DNA of 64,000 bases from Chiloscyllium plagiosum. Taxonomy: Eukaryota. The notes under the pieces were generated by a model. It did not search any database. It had not been told where the DNA came from and saw nothing but the letters and a program-made list of their open reading frames with translations. Position 1 is the first letter of the stretch; each line of letters begins with the position of its first letter. This document shows, in pieces, positions 38,850-51,220 of this stretch. Position numbers and translations under genes: made by a program. The stretch is from positions 1,536,704 through 1,600,703 of the forward strand of contig NC_057752.1 of NCBI RefSeq assembly GCF_004010195.1, written 5' to 3'.

Positions 38850-40215
38850 GAAGAATGCAAGAGCTAGGAGCAGGAGTAGGCCGTACAGCCCCTGGAGCCT
38901 GCTCTGCCATTTAATACGATCATGGCTGGTCTCATCTCGGCCGCAACTCCATTTTCCTGCCCATTCTCCATAACCCTTCAACCCATTACTAATGAAAAAT
39001 CTGTCAATCTCCTCCTTAAATTTACTCAGTGTCCTGGTATCCACCACACTCTAGTGGGAGTGAATTCCACAGATTCACAACTCATTTCTCCTCATCTCTG
39101 TTTTAAATCTCCCCCCTTTATTCTAAAACGATGACCTCTCGTTCCAGATTCCCCCACATGAGGAAACATCTCTCTGCATTTACTTTGTTGACCCCCTTTC
39201 GAATCTTGCACACCTCAATTCAATCTCCTCGCGTCCTTCTAAACGCGAGCGAGTAGAGGCCTAAACTGCTCGATCTCTCCTCATGAGACAGGTCTTTCAT
39301 CTCTGGAATTAATCAAGTGAGCCTTTGCTGAACTGCCTCCAATGCAGTTACATCCTTACAATGTCGGAGTCACTAATACATTCAGGATACGGAGTAAGTG
39401 TGTTATTCTTGCTGGAAGTTGTTTTTCTGACTATTTCCGAAGCACACTGACTGGAGCCACAGCTTTGCAGAGTGGGCCTCAAGCCTTAACATGCTCACTG
39501 TGCTTTGGAGCTGTGCAAGAGCTGTTCTAATCTCATAGAGTCATACAGCATGGAAACAGACCCTTTCGGTCCAACCAGTCCATAATCCCAAACTAAACTA
39601 TTCCCACCTGCCTGCTCCAAACCTTTCCTACTCATGAACTTATTCAAGTGTCTTTTAAACATTGTAACTGTATCCACGTCCACCACTTCCTCAGGAAGTC
39701 CATTCCACACTTGAACCACCCTCTGTGTAAAAGATTTGCCACCATGTCTTTTTTTAAATCTCTCTCCTCTCACCTTAAAGACCTGCCACCCGGTCTTGAA
39801 ATCCCCCACCCTCGTAAAGACAACTACCATTAACCCTATCTATACCTCTCATGATTTTATAAACCTCTATAAGGTCACCTCTCAATCTCCTACGCTCCAA
39901 TGAAGAAAGTCCCAGCCTATCCAGCCTTTCTTTATAGCTGAAACCTTCCATACCCGGCAACATCCTGGTAAATCTCTTCCGAACCCTCTCCAGGTTAATA
40001 ATATCTTTCCTATAACTGGGTGATCAGAACTGGACACAGTGCTCCAGAAGAGGCCTCACCAACATCCTGTACAACCCCAACATGACGTCCCCAATTCCTA
40101 TACCCAAAGGACTGAGCAATGAAGGCAGGCGTGGTAAACACCTTCTTTACTACCCTATCGATATGTGAGGCAAACATCAAAGAATTATGTACCGCAACCC
40201 CTAGGTCCCTCTTCT
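38850..40215 (-). mobile_element. Two CR1 LINE 3' fragments (38850-39345; 39533-40215)
   Basis: FKEEIDRFF...GYGEWAGKW; MLPGMEGFSYKERLDRLGL...RGDLIEVYKIMRGIDRVN. Confidence 0.9.
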
Positions 40216-40640
40216 ACAAAGCTACAGATTAACTTGAGGATTTGTTCCTTTAAACCTGTTGTTGCTGGTTGCAACCTGTCCCTCTTGTCAGGTGGGTGTA
40301 AACCAATGCACAGCACTGTTTGAAAGAGCAGGGGATATCTCCTCTGCTGTCCTGACCAATAATTATTCCTCAGTCAAGTTCAAACAAAGGAATGAGATCA
40401 GACAGACCACTCAGCGCTGAGGTACAGATCCCTTTCAGGGAGAATGTTTTCCAGTCAACCTGTTTAGAGCTGTGATTACGCATTGCTGGAGTGGATGGGA
40501 CTTGAACCTGGACCCCCTGGTTCAGAGGCAGGGACACTGCCACTGTGCTACTCTGTCAATGAGCTTGTTATGTGCAGGCGATGCTGATTGCACTTTGCAT
40601 TTCGTTCTTGGCACAGTAAGGGCTCTTCACCCCAGCATAG

Positions 40641-41216
40641 CATCCAGATTACCCATGGTTTATCATCCCACCACAACATCCAGATTACCTATGGTTCATC
40701 ATCCCACCACAACATCCAGATTACCCATAGTTCATCACCCCACCATAGCATCCAGATTACCCATAATTCATCACCCCACCATAGCATCCAGATTACCCAT
40801 GGTTCATCATCCCGCCACAACATCCAGATTACCCATGGTTCATCACCCCACCATAGCATCCAGATTACCCATGGTTTATCATCTCACCACAACATCCAGA
40901 TTACCCATAGTTCATCACCCCACCATAGCATCCATATTACCCATGGTTCATCATCCCGCCACAACATCCAGATTACCCATGGTTCATCACCCCACCATAG
41001 CATCCAGATTACCCATGGTTTATCATCCCACCACAACATCCAGATTACCCATAGTTCATCACACCACCATAGCATCCAGATTACCCATAATTCATCACCC
41101 CACCATAGCATCCAGATTACCCATAGTTCATAACCCCACCATAGCATCTAGATTACCCATGGTTCATCATCCCGCCACAACATCCAGATTACCCATGGTT
41201 CATCACCCCACCATAA
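40641..41216. repeat. 36-bp minisatellite, 16 copies
   Basis: Unit catccagattacccatggttcatcaccccaccatag with variants; no spacers. Confidence 0.97.
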
Positions 41217-41268
41217 GTGTTAAACCTCTTATCTTTTAGAATGACCATGTTGGTTTCATGTTAGAATG

Positions 41269-41490
41269 GAGGAGAAAGTGAGGTCTGCAGATGCTGGAGA
41301 TCAGAGCTGAAAATGTGTTGCTGGAAAAGCGCAGCAGGTCAGGCAGCATCCAGGGAACAGGAGAATCGACGTTTCGGGCATAAGCCCTTCTTCAGGATTC
41401 CTGAAGAAGGGCTTATGCCCGAAACATCGATTCTCCTGTTCCCTGGATGCTGCCTGACCTGCTGCGCTTTTCCAGCAACACATTTTCAGC
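41269..41490. mobile_element. Young palindromic PLE mini-element (family 1)
   Basis: 92-bp arms 41306-41397 / 41399-41490 with one mismatch; TSD ttcatgttagaatg at 41255-41268 and 41491-41504. Confidence 0.9.
41363..41400 (-). ncRNA. Minimal type I hammerhead ribozyme motif, intact
   Basis: gaatc-CTGAAGA-a-GGGC(ttat)GCCC-GAAAC-GTC-gattc: 5-bp stem I, 4-bp stem II, ACGT palindrome for stem III. Confidence 0.8.
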
Positions 41491-41637
41491 TTCATGTTAG
41501 AATGACCATGGTCATTCGAAACGATGACAGACATAACAAACAATCCAGGTCTTTTTCAATATGTAATTTCAGTTACATCACACTGTAAAATTTTACTATA
41601 AATTCTGTGCCTTACGATTTTATTCTCCATAACCACT

Positions 41638-42122
41638 TAGAGTCATAGAGATGTACAGCATGGAAACAGACCCTTCGGTCTAACCTGTCCATGCCAACCA
41701 GATATCCCAACCCATTCTAGTCCCATCTGCCAGCACCCGGTCCATACCCCTCCAAACCCTTCCTATTCATATACCCATCCAAATGCCTCTTAAATGTTGC
41801 AATTGTACCAGCCTCCACCACTTCCTCTGGCAGCTCATTCCATACACGTACCACCCTCTGCGTGAAAAAGTTGCCCCTTAGGTCTCTTTTATATCTTACC
41901 CCTCTCACCCTAAACCTATGCCCTCTAGTTCTGGACTCCCCGACCCCAGGGAAAAGACTTTGTCTATTTACCCCATCCATGCCCCTCATAATTTTGTAAA
42001 CCTCTATAAGGTCACCCCTCAGCCTCTGACGCTCCAGGGAAAACAGCCCCAGCCTGTTCAGCCTCTCCCTGTAGCTCAAATCCCCCAACCCTGGCAACAT
42101 CCTTGTGAATCTTTTCTGAACC
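41638..42122 (-). mobile_element. Young CR1/HER1 3' end inserted in a PLE family-2 element
   Basis: Uninterrupted RVQKRFTRMLPGL...GYGPGAGRWD and ctctatga tail. Confidence 0.95.
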
Positions 42123-43029
42123 CTAGTGCGCCCAAATAAACCTGTTGGACTATAACCTGGTGTTGTGTGGTTTTTAATTTTGCACACCCCAGTCCAACAC
42201 CGGCATCTCCAAATCATAATTTGACATCAGTTGGTTATACAGTGGAGAGCACCAGAGCTCCCCTTGTCTTGGGACTGAGAATTCTGTCTCTTCTCTGCAT
42301 CAAGCACATTTTCTGGTCTAGGGCACTGAGTCCAATTGTTATCAGTCTCTCACTCTGGTTGGTATCGGGTCAGTGTGCATCTAATAAATTCAATGTACCT
42401 CACAAATCAAGTACCTATCAAGTGACTGCAGTGGAGTTAATGCGGTGTTGCTTACAGATTCAACCCTTTGAAGTGCTGACTTTGATCTTAATTTTTGTCC
42501 AAAATCTTTTGAACCTGGAAATAATCCTGCTTTTGGTACAATGGCACCATTTTTTGTAGAGAGGTTCTTCATGTAAAATTGAGTCACCCAGCCTTGGAAC
42601 AAGTTGAAAGAACATGCTGTTCTGATCAAAGTGACGGCTTTCTCCTTTTCTCAAAGCCTGGCTCGGATCTGAATAGTTTGTGTTCATTCAGCCTTAGCAC
42701 GTTTTGGTGCCTGAAGGAAACCAATATCATGTCCCCAAGGTAATCATTAACCTGCTACCTTGAGACAAAAGGTAACCCAACAATATTTAATCTCGAAAAA
42801 GCATGCTGGCAAGCTGCATTGATTGCAAGTGGAATACCACTTGCACAGTGTTGCTGGAACCATTCAGAAGTTGTGCTGTGTGACCATTTCATTGCCTAGC
42901 CTGTGCCTCATGTATCTGTTCCCTCACATTTGGGGAAACAATCCGATGTGAGCTGTCTGCCCGCTGATACCTTCATGTGTGTGAATGTGTGCAGATTTGT
43001 TTTGAAGGGCGAGGGTATTGCTGGTGTGA

Positions 43030-43830
43030 GTGACATTGGTGGCTCAGTTCGTTAGCATGACTGCCTCACAACACCAGAGATCTCGGTTCAATTCCACTCC
43101 TTGGGTAACTACCTGGGTGGAGTTTGCATGTTTTCCCAGTGTGTCTGTGTGGGTTTCCGCTGGGTGCTCCGGTTTTCTCCCAGAGTCCAAAGATGTGCAG
43201 GTCAGGTGTATTGGCCATGCTAAATCACCCATAGTAGATAGGCAGGAGGCTGGAAGAGCAGAGCAAGCCAGACAGCATCAGAAAGTGGAGAGGACAACAT
43301 TTCAGGAAAGGTTTCCTGAAGAAGGATTGTACCCAAAACGTTGACTTCTCCACCTCCTGATGCTGCCTGGCTTGCTGTGTTTTCCCAGCCTCCTGCCTGT
43401 CCCTCCTGATGCTGCCTGGCTTGCTGTGTTCCCCTAGCCTCCTGCCTGTCCGTCCTGATGCTTCCTGGCTTGCTATGTTCCCCCAGCCTCCTGCCTGTCC
43501 CTCCTGATGCTGCCTGGCTTGCTGTGTTCACCCAGCCTCCTGCCTGTCCCTCCTGATGCTGCCTGGCTTGCTGTGTTTACCCAGCCTCCTGCCTGTCCCT
43601 CCTGATGCTGCCTGGCTTGCTGTGTTCACCCAGCCTCCTGCCTGTCTACTTTGGATTCCAGCATCTGCAGTTTCTTTTGTCTCAAATTACCCATACAGTC
43701 CAGGGATGTATAGGTTAGGTGGGTTAGCCATGGGAAATACAGGGGTAGGGGAGGTGAGATGTCCTTCAGAGGGTCGGTGTGGACTTGATGGGCTGAATGG
43801 CCCGTTTCCACACTGTAGGCATTCTATGAT
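43030..43830 (+). mobile_element. HE1 SINE containing a palindromic PLE mini-element (about 43234-43683)
   Basis: TSD aaat(c/t)acccata flanks the insert; insert centre ggtttcctgaagaagg. Confidence 0.82.
43353..43647 (+). repeat. 49-bp tandem repeat, 6 copies, inside the PLE mini-element
   Basis: Unit cctcctgatgctgcctggcttgctgtgttcacccagcctcctgcctgtc. Confidence 0.92.
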
Positions 43831-44279
43831 TACCTCTGCCTTGTTGCTCTGAAAGGCAGGTAGGCTTTCTCCTTGCGCACTAGTCGAGTCACAACGGGGA
43901 GGCCTTTTAATTCCAAAAGGGCATTGAAGAGCTGACCACGTTGGTGTGGGGCTGGAATTGCACAGAAAGCACGTGACTAATAATGGTAGGGTTTCTTTTC
44001 CAAATGGATGTTAGTGAGAACTTTACGCCAATCTGACCGCGTCATGGTCACTTTTGCTGATGCCAGCTTTTTAATTACCGAAACAGAGTTCCAACTACCA
44101 TAGTGGGATTTGAACTCAAACTTACTGATTCACGAAAATAAATAAAGGAGCAGTGCTGAAGAAGGAACACTGGACTTGAAACGTTAACTCTGCTTTCTCA
44201 CCGGAGATGCTGCCAGACCTGCTGAGTTTCTCTGGCAATGTCTGTTTTGGTTTCTGAGTTACTAGTCCTGTAGCATCGA

Positions 44280-44910
44280 ATTGTAGAAAATAGGAGCAGG
44301 AGGAGGCCATTCAGCCCTTCGAGCCTGCACCGCCATTCAATCAGATCATCGCTGCTCATCTACCTTCGTCCCCTGTTCTTGCCTTCTCCCCATATCTTTT
44401 GATCCCTTTAGCCCCAGGAACTATATCTAACTCCTTCTTGAAAACATTCAATGTTTTGGCCTCAAACGCTTTCTGTGACAGAGAATTCCACAGGCTCCCC
44501 ACTCTCTGGGTGAAGACATTTCTCCTCATCTCAGTCCGAAATGACCTGCTCTGTATCCTTGAACTGTGACCCCCTGGTTCTGAACTCTCTGCTCATCAGA
44601 AACATCCTTCCTGCATTTACTCTGTCTAGTCCTGTTAGAATTTTATAGGTTTCTATGAGATTCCACCCGCTCCCCCCCCTTGGTGAAGCCATTTCTCCCC
44701 ATCTCAGTCCGAAATGACCTGCTCTGTATCCTTGAACTGTGACCCCCTGGTTCTGAACTCTGCTCATCAGAAACATCCTTCCTGCATTTACTCTGTCTAG
44801 TCCTGTTAGAATTTTATAGGTTTCTATGAGATTCCACCCGCTCCCCCCCCCCAATCCTTCTAACCGCCAGTGAATAAAGTGCTAATTAATCCAGCCTCTC
44901 TTCATACATT
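44280..44910 (-). mobile_element. CR1 3' end with a ~172-bp tandem duplication
   Basis: LIETYKILTGLDRVNAGRMF appears twice (about 44507-44679 and 44682-44852). Confidence 0.88.
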
Positions 44911-44913
44911 AGT

Positions 44914-44988
44914 TGAAAAATGTGGTGCTGGAAAAACACAGCAGAACAGGCAGCATCCGAGGAGCAGGAGAATCGACATAGGCCCTTT
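44914..44988 (-). mobile_element. Truncated PLE mini-element
   Basis: 13-bp TSD ttcatacattagt at 44901-44913 and 44989-45001. Confidence 0.78.
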
Positions 44989-45814
44989 TTCATACATTAG
45001 TCCAGGAATTAGTCTGGGAAGCATAGCTATATGATACTCAGAGGCCATCCTTGCATGTTCTGCAGCAGGACTTGTCGTACAGTTTCCAAGTCCCACCAGC
45101 TCATCCTCGCCTGGTTTCCCTTGAGCTCAACCACAGCAGATCTGCATTGCCTTGCGTCTGTGCATCTCCATATCAACAGGAAACCAGTAAGACCTGCAAA
45201 TGATGCATACGGGTCCACCTTGTGTTGTATACCAATGCTCCAATGTGCCCAGTTTGTTCATTTCCATGTATTACTGTTTGTTCGCCAAAGCAGCCCCATG
45301 CTGAGCAGAGGGTTTCATTGTGTACAGTATGTAACAAGATGCTAAGCCCATCCATAACGGAGTGCTGTACACCAGCCCGACAGAAGAAATCTTGCCCCTG
45401 TCCCCACTTTCCCCGTATACGATATTTTGAGCATTTCCTTGGTTTCTTTAATGAGGTTAAATCCTTTTTCAAGAAACAAATAGAAGATTTGTGTTTCAGT
45501 GATGCAGACATTAGTAACTGGAGACCTCATCAAGCAAGTTGGCTTCTGAGACATACTGAGCTATCAGGTGACGAGTAATAACGGAAGATAAGGTTGGAAA
45601 CTTGACATCCAAGGCAAACGTTTGGACAGGTATTTTGCTGATTCCAACCATTACATAATAGAGCTATTCATTCATTGTCAGCGGCTGAATGAAACAGATA
45701 CTCTCGCAGCCCGCCGAAATGGTGGGTCAGTGAGGAATGTGACAGTACTGAGTGGGAAAATCTGACAACCTTAAGTAAACGGCGTTGAAAATAAGCAAGA
45801 TGAGAGAAGGACAG

Positions 45815-46695
45815 CCCTTGACGTCAAAGCTGTATTCGACCGAGGTGTGGCATCAAGGAGCCCTAGCAAAGCTAGATTCAATGGGAATCAGGGGAGGCAA
45901 ACTCTCCACTGGTTGGAGTCATACCTGGCACATAGGAAGATGGTCGTAGTTGTTGGAGGTGAGTCATCTCAAGTCAGGAGTGTGATGGAATACTCCCCAC
46001 TTGCCTGGATGTGTGCACCCCAGCAATACTGAAGAAACTTGACACCATCCAGGACAAAGCATTGGCCCCACATCCACAAACATCCACTCCCCCCACCACT
46101 GACGCTCAGTAGCAGCAGTGTGTACTATCTACAAGATGCACTACAGTAATTCACCAAAGATCCTCAGACAACACCTTCCAAACCCAGGACCACTTCCATC
46201 TGGAAGGACAAGGGTAGCAGATACACGGGAACACCACCCCCTGCAAGTTCCCCTCCAATTCACTCACCATCCTGACTTGGAAATAAATCTCTGTTCCTCC
46301 AGTAGGGTGTAGTGAATAGTGGATGCTGGGACATTGACATTTAAGGAGGAGATAGATTTTTAATTAGTTATGAGCTGGAGGGTTATGGACAGCAGGCAGG
46401 AAAGTGGAGATGACTCTGAGATGCGATCAGCCATGATTGTATTGAACGGCAGGGCAGGTCAAGGGGCTGAATGGCCTCCTGATCCTGGTTTGTATGTTCT
46501 TATGATCAGTGTCACTGAGTCATAGTTCTGGAACTCCATCCCTGACAGCTTTGTGGGTCTACCTACAGCACATAGACTGCAGCAGATCACAAAGACAACT
46601 CATCACCTTCTCAAGGGGGAGCCTGGGACAAGTAATAAATACTGGCCTAGCCAGTGATGCCCATATCCCCTGAATGAGTAAAAAAATAAACATTT
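45815..46695 (+). mobile_element. LINE family B, internally deleted, with a CR1 3' fragment inserted at about 46305-46505
   Basis: ALDVKAVFDRV; WLESYLAHRKMVVVVGG; QVRSVMEYSPLAWM; family-B tail. Confidence 0.82.
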
Positions 46696-47714
46696 TAGTA
46701 CCATGCTTTGGGAGCCAAAGCATGGAGGATAAGCCAAACAAAATGGCCTCTTTGTGTGGTACGCATTTTCTGAAATGTCATGCTAACCTGATGTGGTATG
46801 CACCCAGAGCAATGATGAACGAGTGCATGATTTTATTGTCATTGTCACATATAACTGGGAAGATACGGTGAAAAGTGTTTTGTCATCATAATCTGGTGCC
46901 ATTTTGAGTTACAAAAAGAATAAAGGGAAATTACTTGAATCGAGTTCATCTTCCGTTCAAATTGGGATCCCAAGCATAGCTCCAGGGCTGCTGCAAGGTC
47001 TCTGTAAGGTGTTTTGAGCCTCCAGGTGACCCTGCTCCAGGTATTGAAATGACCACACCAGGAATCCCTGCTCTGGGCACTGCCACCACCAAGAGTCCAG
47101 GCTCTGGGTCTACTGCCTGCATGTTTGCCCCTCGCCCAACCCAAGATTCCTCACGCTGTCCAAGGACATTGAGAACTTCTGCTAACACCCTGCCTGAAGT
47201 GAGCATTCTTCACAGACAGGCTGAGCTCAGTGAAGGTGAACAAGTTATTTAGCTGAAGTGAGACATCACGGTTGAGTCTGTTTCTAATATCATTGCACAA
47301 TTTCTTCCCACAAGGCAAGTTTTAATTTACGCTGAGGGTGGTAGGTGCCTGGAACGTGCTGCCAGGGCAGTGGTAGAAGCAGATACGTTAGCAATGTTGA
47401 AGAGACGTTTAGGCAGACACATAAACAAACAGGGAGTAGAGGCATACAGACTACGTGCAGGGAGATGGGCTTTGTATAGAATAATATCACGGTCGGCACA
47501 GATGCAGTGGGCCGAAGGGCCTGTTGTTGTGCTATCCTGTTCTATGTCCTGGGTCAACAGTGCTCCATTTGTGTGCATGGTTTTATCTGGTTAGGCTCCA
47601 GCAGTATTCCTGATCATACTCAGCCTCGTGACTTGGTGCTTTTACATTCTCTGGGAACAGGCTACAGTGTATGCTACAGTGAGGCAAACAGAATCGATTT
47701 TTCCTTAACTCTCT

Positions 47715-48040
47715 CAGAGGATGTGGGCATCACTATCTGGCTGGCTTTTATTGCCTGTCCCTAGATGCCCCTTGAGAAGGTAGGGGTGAGCTGCCTTCTT
47801 GAACAGCTGCAGTCCATGTGCTGTGGGTTGACCCACAATGCCCTGAGGGAGGGAATTCCAGGATTTTAACCCAGGCACACTGAAGGGCCGGTGATAGATT
47901 TCCAAGTCAGGATGGTGAGTGGCTTGGAGGGGAACGTGCAGTAGGTGGTGTTCCCATGTATCTGCTGCCCTTGTCCTTCCAGATGGAAGTGGTCCTGGGT
48001 TTGGAAGGTGCTGTCGGAGGAGCCTTTAGTGAATTGTTTG
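47715..48040 (-). mobile_element. LINE family B 3' end
   Basis: LKSWNSLPQGIVGQPTAHGLQLFKKAAH. Confidence 0.82.
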
Positions 48041-48319
48041 GATTGCTCAGTTGCTGGGCTCAAAGGCTCTCAAACATAAAGATTTTTTTTAACGTGTTAG
48101 AAACTCACTTCACCAAACAAAAAGGTGTATTGTCTTAATCAGCTTTCCTCAGCATTGGAATACTTTCAACCTTCTGTTCTCAGTCGACTGGCCATGGTTG
48201 GAGTCAGTCATGAGTTCAGGGGGATGCTGTGGGCAGTATATTCACAGCAACCGTTTCTGAGCAACACAGGCTTTTCTGCTCGACAATACTCGCTGGAATG
48301 ATTCCCGGCTCCTGCACCG

Positions 48320-48800
48320 TTGTTAACACTCTTGTCTCTGAGTCAGGAGCTCTTCGGTTTGACTTCAGGTCCTAGCCCAAAGACATGAGTGTAAGATCTA
48401 GCCTGACACTTTGGGTCATCACAGACAGAGGCTGCACTGTCAGAGCGTCTTTAGGACACAATGTTAAATCAAGGCTGCGTCCCCTCCCATCTGGTGAATG
48501 TATGCTTTTTGAATATGCACAAGTGGGAGTTCTCCCTGGTTGACCCGGTCAACAAAACAGCTTACCCAGTCATTCTCACACTGGCCTGTTCTGCACTGGA
48601 ATCGTTGGCTCTGTTTCTCTCTCCATGGATGCTGCTTGACCTGCTGAGTTTCTCCAGCAGCTTCTGTTCCTTATTTCAGATCTCTGGCATCAGCAATCAT
48701 TTGCTTTCGGTCTCACACTGGTGTTGCAAGGGATCTTGCTTTGCTGCTGCAGTGATCACATCTCGGGAAGTATTTCATTGGCAGTGGCATGAAATGCTCG
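48320..48800 (+). mobile_element. Deu-domain SINE relic with a PLE mini-element insert (48584-48710)
   Basis: Head ctctgagtcagg...tctagcctgacac; TSD tctcacactgg on both sides of the insert. Confidence 0.65.
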
Positions 48801-48899
48801 ACATGTGAGAGTTCGTGTGGGGAAGCAGTCTGCGTTTCACTCTGGAGGTTAGCTTCATGTCCTCTGCGGTTTGTGCCACTGATCCATTGAATGTACCAT

Positions 48900-50172
48900 G
48901 TGCAACTCAGTGGTTAACACTGTTGCCTCACAGCACCAGGGACCCTGGTTCGATTCCAGCCTCAGATGACTGTCTGTGTAGAGGTTGCACATTCTCCCTG
49001 TGTCTGCGTGGGTATCCTCCCACAGTGTGCAGGCGAGGAGGATTAGACTCGAGAGTGTGGTGCTCAAAAGGAGCAGCAGGTCAGGCAGCATCTGAGGAGA
49101 ATCGACGTTTCGGGCAAGAGCCCTTCATTAGGAATGAGGCTTGTGAGCCGAGGGGGTGGCGAGATAAATGGGAGCAGGGGGTGGGGCTGGGGAGAAGGTA
49201 GCTGAGTGCAATAGGGAGATGGAGTTGGGGAGTAATGGTGATAGGGTGGAGCAGATAGGTGGGAAGGAAGATGGATAGCTTATGAGAGAGGTGCTGAGTT
49301 GGAGGGGTGACACGGTGGCTCAGTGGTTAGCACTGCTGCCTCACAGCTCCAGGGTCCCAGGTTCGATTCCAACCTTGGGTGACTGACTGTGTGGAGTTTG
49401 CACATTCTCCCCGTGCCTGTGTGGGTTTCCTCCGGGTGCTCCGGTTTCCTCTCACAGTCCAAAGATGTGCAGGTTAGGTGAATTGGCCATGCTAAATTGC
49501 CCGTACTGTTCGGTGCATCATTCAGAGGGAAATGGGTCTGGGGTGGGTTACCCTTTGGAGGGTCGGTGTGGACTTGTTGGGCCGAAGGGCCTGTTTCCAC
49601 ACTGTAGGGAATCTACTGTAATCAAAAGTGGGATAAGGTGTGGGGAGGGCAAATGAGGAAACTGGTGAAATCCACATTGATCCTGTCTGGTTGGAGGGTC
49701 CTGAGGCATAAGGTGGTTAGGGTCTGGTGATGGAGGAGGCCCAGGACCTGCATGTCCTTGGTGGAGTGGGAGGGGGGTTGAAATGTTTGGCCCCAGGGCA
49801 GTGGGGTTGGTTGGTGTGGGTGTCCCAGAGATTTTCTCTGAAGCGCTCTGCGAGAAGGCATCCAGTCTCCCCAATGTAGAGGAGACCGCAACAGATACAG
49901 TAAACGACGTGTGGATGTGGAAGACTTCTTGGGGCCTTGGAGGAAGGTGAGGGGGGTGGTGTGGGTGTAGGTTTTGCAATTCCTGTGGGGTTCTGACCTT
50001 GTTGCGGTTGGAGGAATAGGGTTCGAGGGTGGAGGGGCAGGAAGTGGAGGAGATGCGCTATGAGAAATGCAGGGAGAGGGTAGAGGGGTGGGTCTGGATG
50101 GGATGCTCTTTGGAGGGTCACCGTGGTCTCAGTAGGCTGAATGGCCTGCTTCCACACAGTAGGGGTTCTGTG
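48900..50172. mobile_element. Nest: HE1 SINE (+) split by a PLE (-, about 49030-50050, with GIY-YIG remnant) that contains a second HE1 (+, 49305-49617)
   Basis: Minus-strand VVYCICCGLLYIGETGCLLAERFRENL...AKHFN; family-1 pLTR at 49030-49135; HE1 halves at 48900-49025 and 50050-50172. Confidence 0.82.
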
Positions 50173-51220
50173 ATCCCTGCTCGGGATGAGTGGGGTCAAC
50201 AGTGTGACATTGACCTATTTTATGAACTCTTCACATTGACTGCTGTGAGGAAGAAATAATTTGACAGCTCAGCGACTCTCGCTGTTCCTATATATGTCTG
50301 AGGGAAATGATCTGGTGACAGTTCGGTGCCCCCTCCCTAATTAATCACTTGTCAGAATTCCATACGCGTGCAGGGGGTTATTTTCATTCCAAAATGACAT
50401 CAGAGGTTTCAGTCCTATAACGGCTGGGGTTTTTTTTTTGAACCTGCTGCAGTTGTGGTTCTGGTGTTTTTGCAGCTAGGCTTGTCAACCTTGAGAAATC
50501 TCAGCAGCTGTGTCGCAGCAGCTGGTCTCACCTCATACACAATGATTTCTTTCAAAGGGATAGGTCACAAACATGGTCGAAGGGTATGCAACTTGGATTC
50601 CACAGCCCGAAATCTCTCTCTCTCTCCCTCCTTTACTTTCTCTCCTGCTACATCTCGCTTTTCCCTTTCACCCCCATGTTCTCCTTTCACCTTTTTTCTC
50701 TTGCACCTTCGCACTTTCTATTGCAAATGATCTTTCCCCCTTCCTCTTTCTCCCTAGCCTGATCTGGAACAGCCTGTTTACACCCGCACAGGGGCTGGAG
50801 GGCTCTGGTAATCTGACTCCCTGAGCATTTGAATAGCATGGGATCAGTGAGTCGCCATTTTGTTCTAGACATTCATACGATGCAGTGGAACCGCTGCAAT
50901 TCAGAGTTAACTCTTTCCAATGCAGGATGGATCCACACTCTGTTCGCACAGCGGTTGGTTGAGCAATGTCCGTCCAAATGAATTTATTGACGGTGTTTCT
51001 CCAACAGGCCGAGGGAACTGGTCCACAGCTCCTCACGAGGTGGCGGATAGATGGGGTGGCCTCCTCGTGTTGGTTGTATTGCTGGAGATATGTGACGATG
51101 CTGTCACTTCAAGAGGTTATTTTGTCCTGTTTTTTTAAAAGAGATGTTGTAAGGCAGAGGTACAGAGCAATCTCTGAGAAAGCAAACAATTTGTGAGGCC
51201 TTGGGTTTTTCATTGAAGGA

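Noticed and set aside
40641..41216. CRISPR-like 36-bp periodicity
   Set aside because: Units are contiguous with no unique spacers, there are no cas genes, and the context is vertebrate; it is a minisatellite.
40472..41239. 255-aa and 181-aa His/Pro/Ser-rich ORFs
   Set aside because: The frames stay open only because the stop-free 36-bp unit is a multiple of 3; no splice or homology support.
45031..45578. Cys-rich ORFs resembling a zinc finger
   Set aside because: No consistent domain spacing; overlapping ORFs of similar length on both strands suggest chance.
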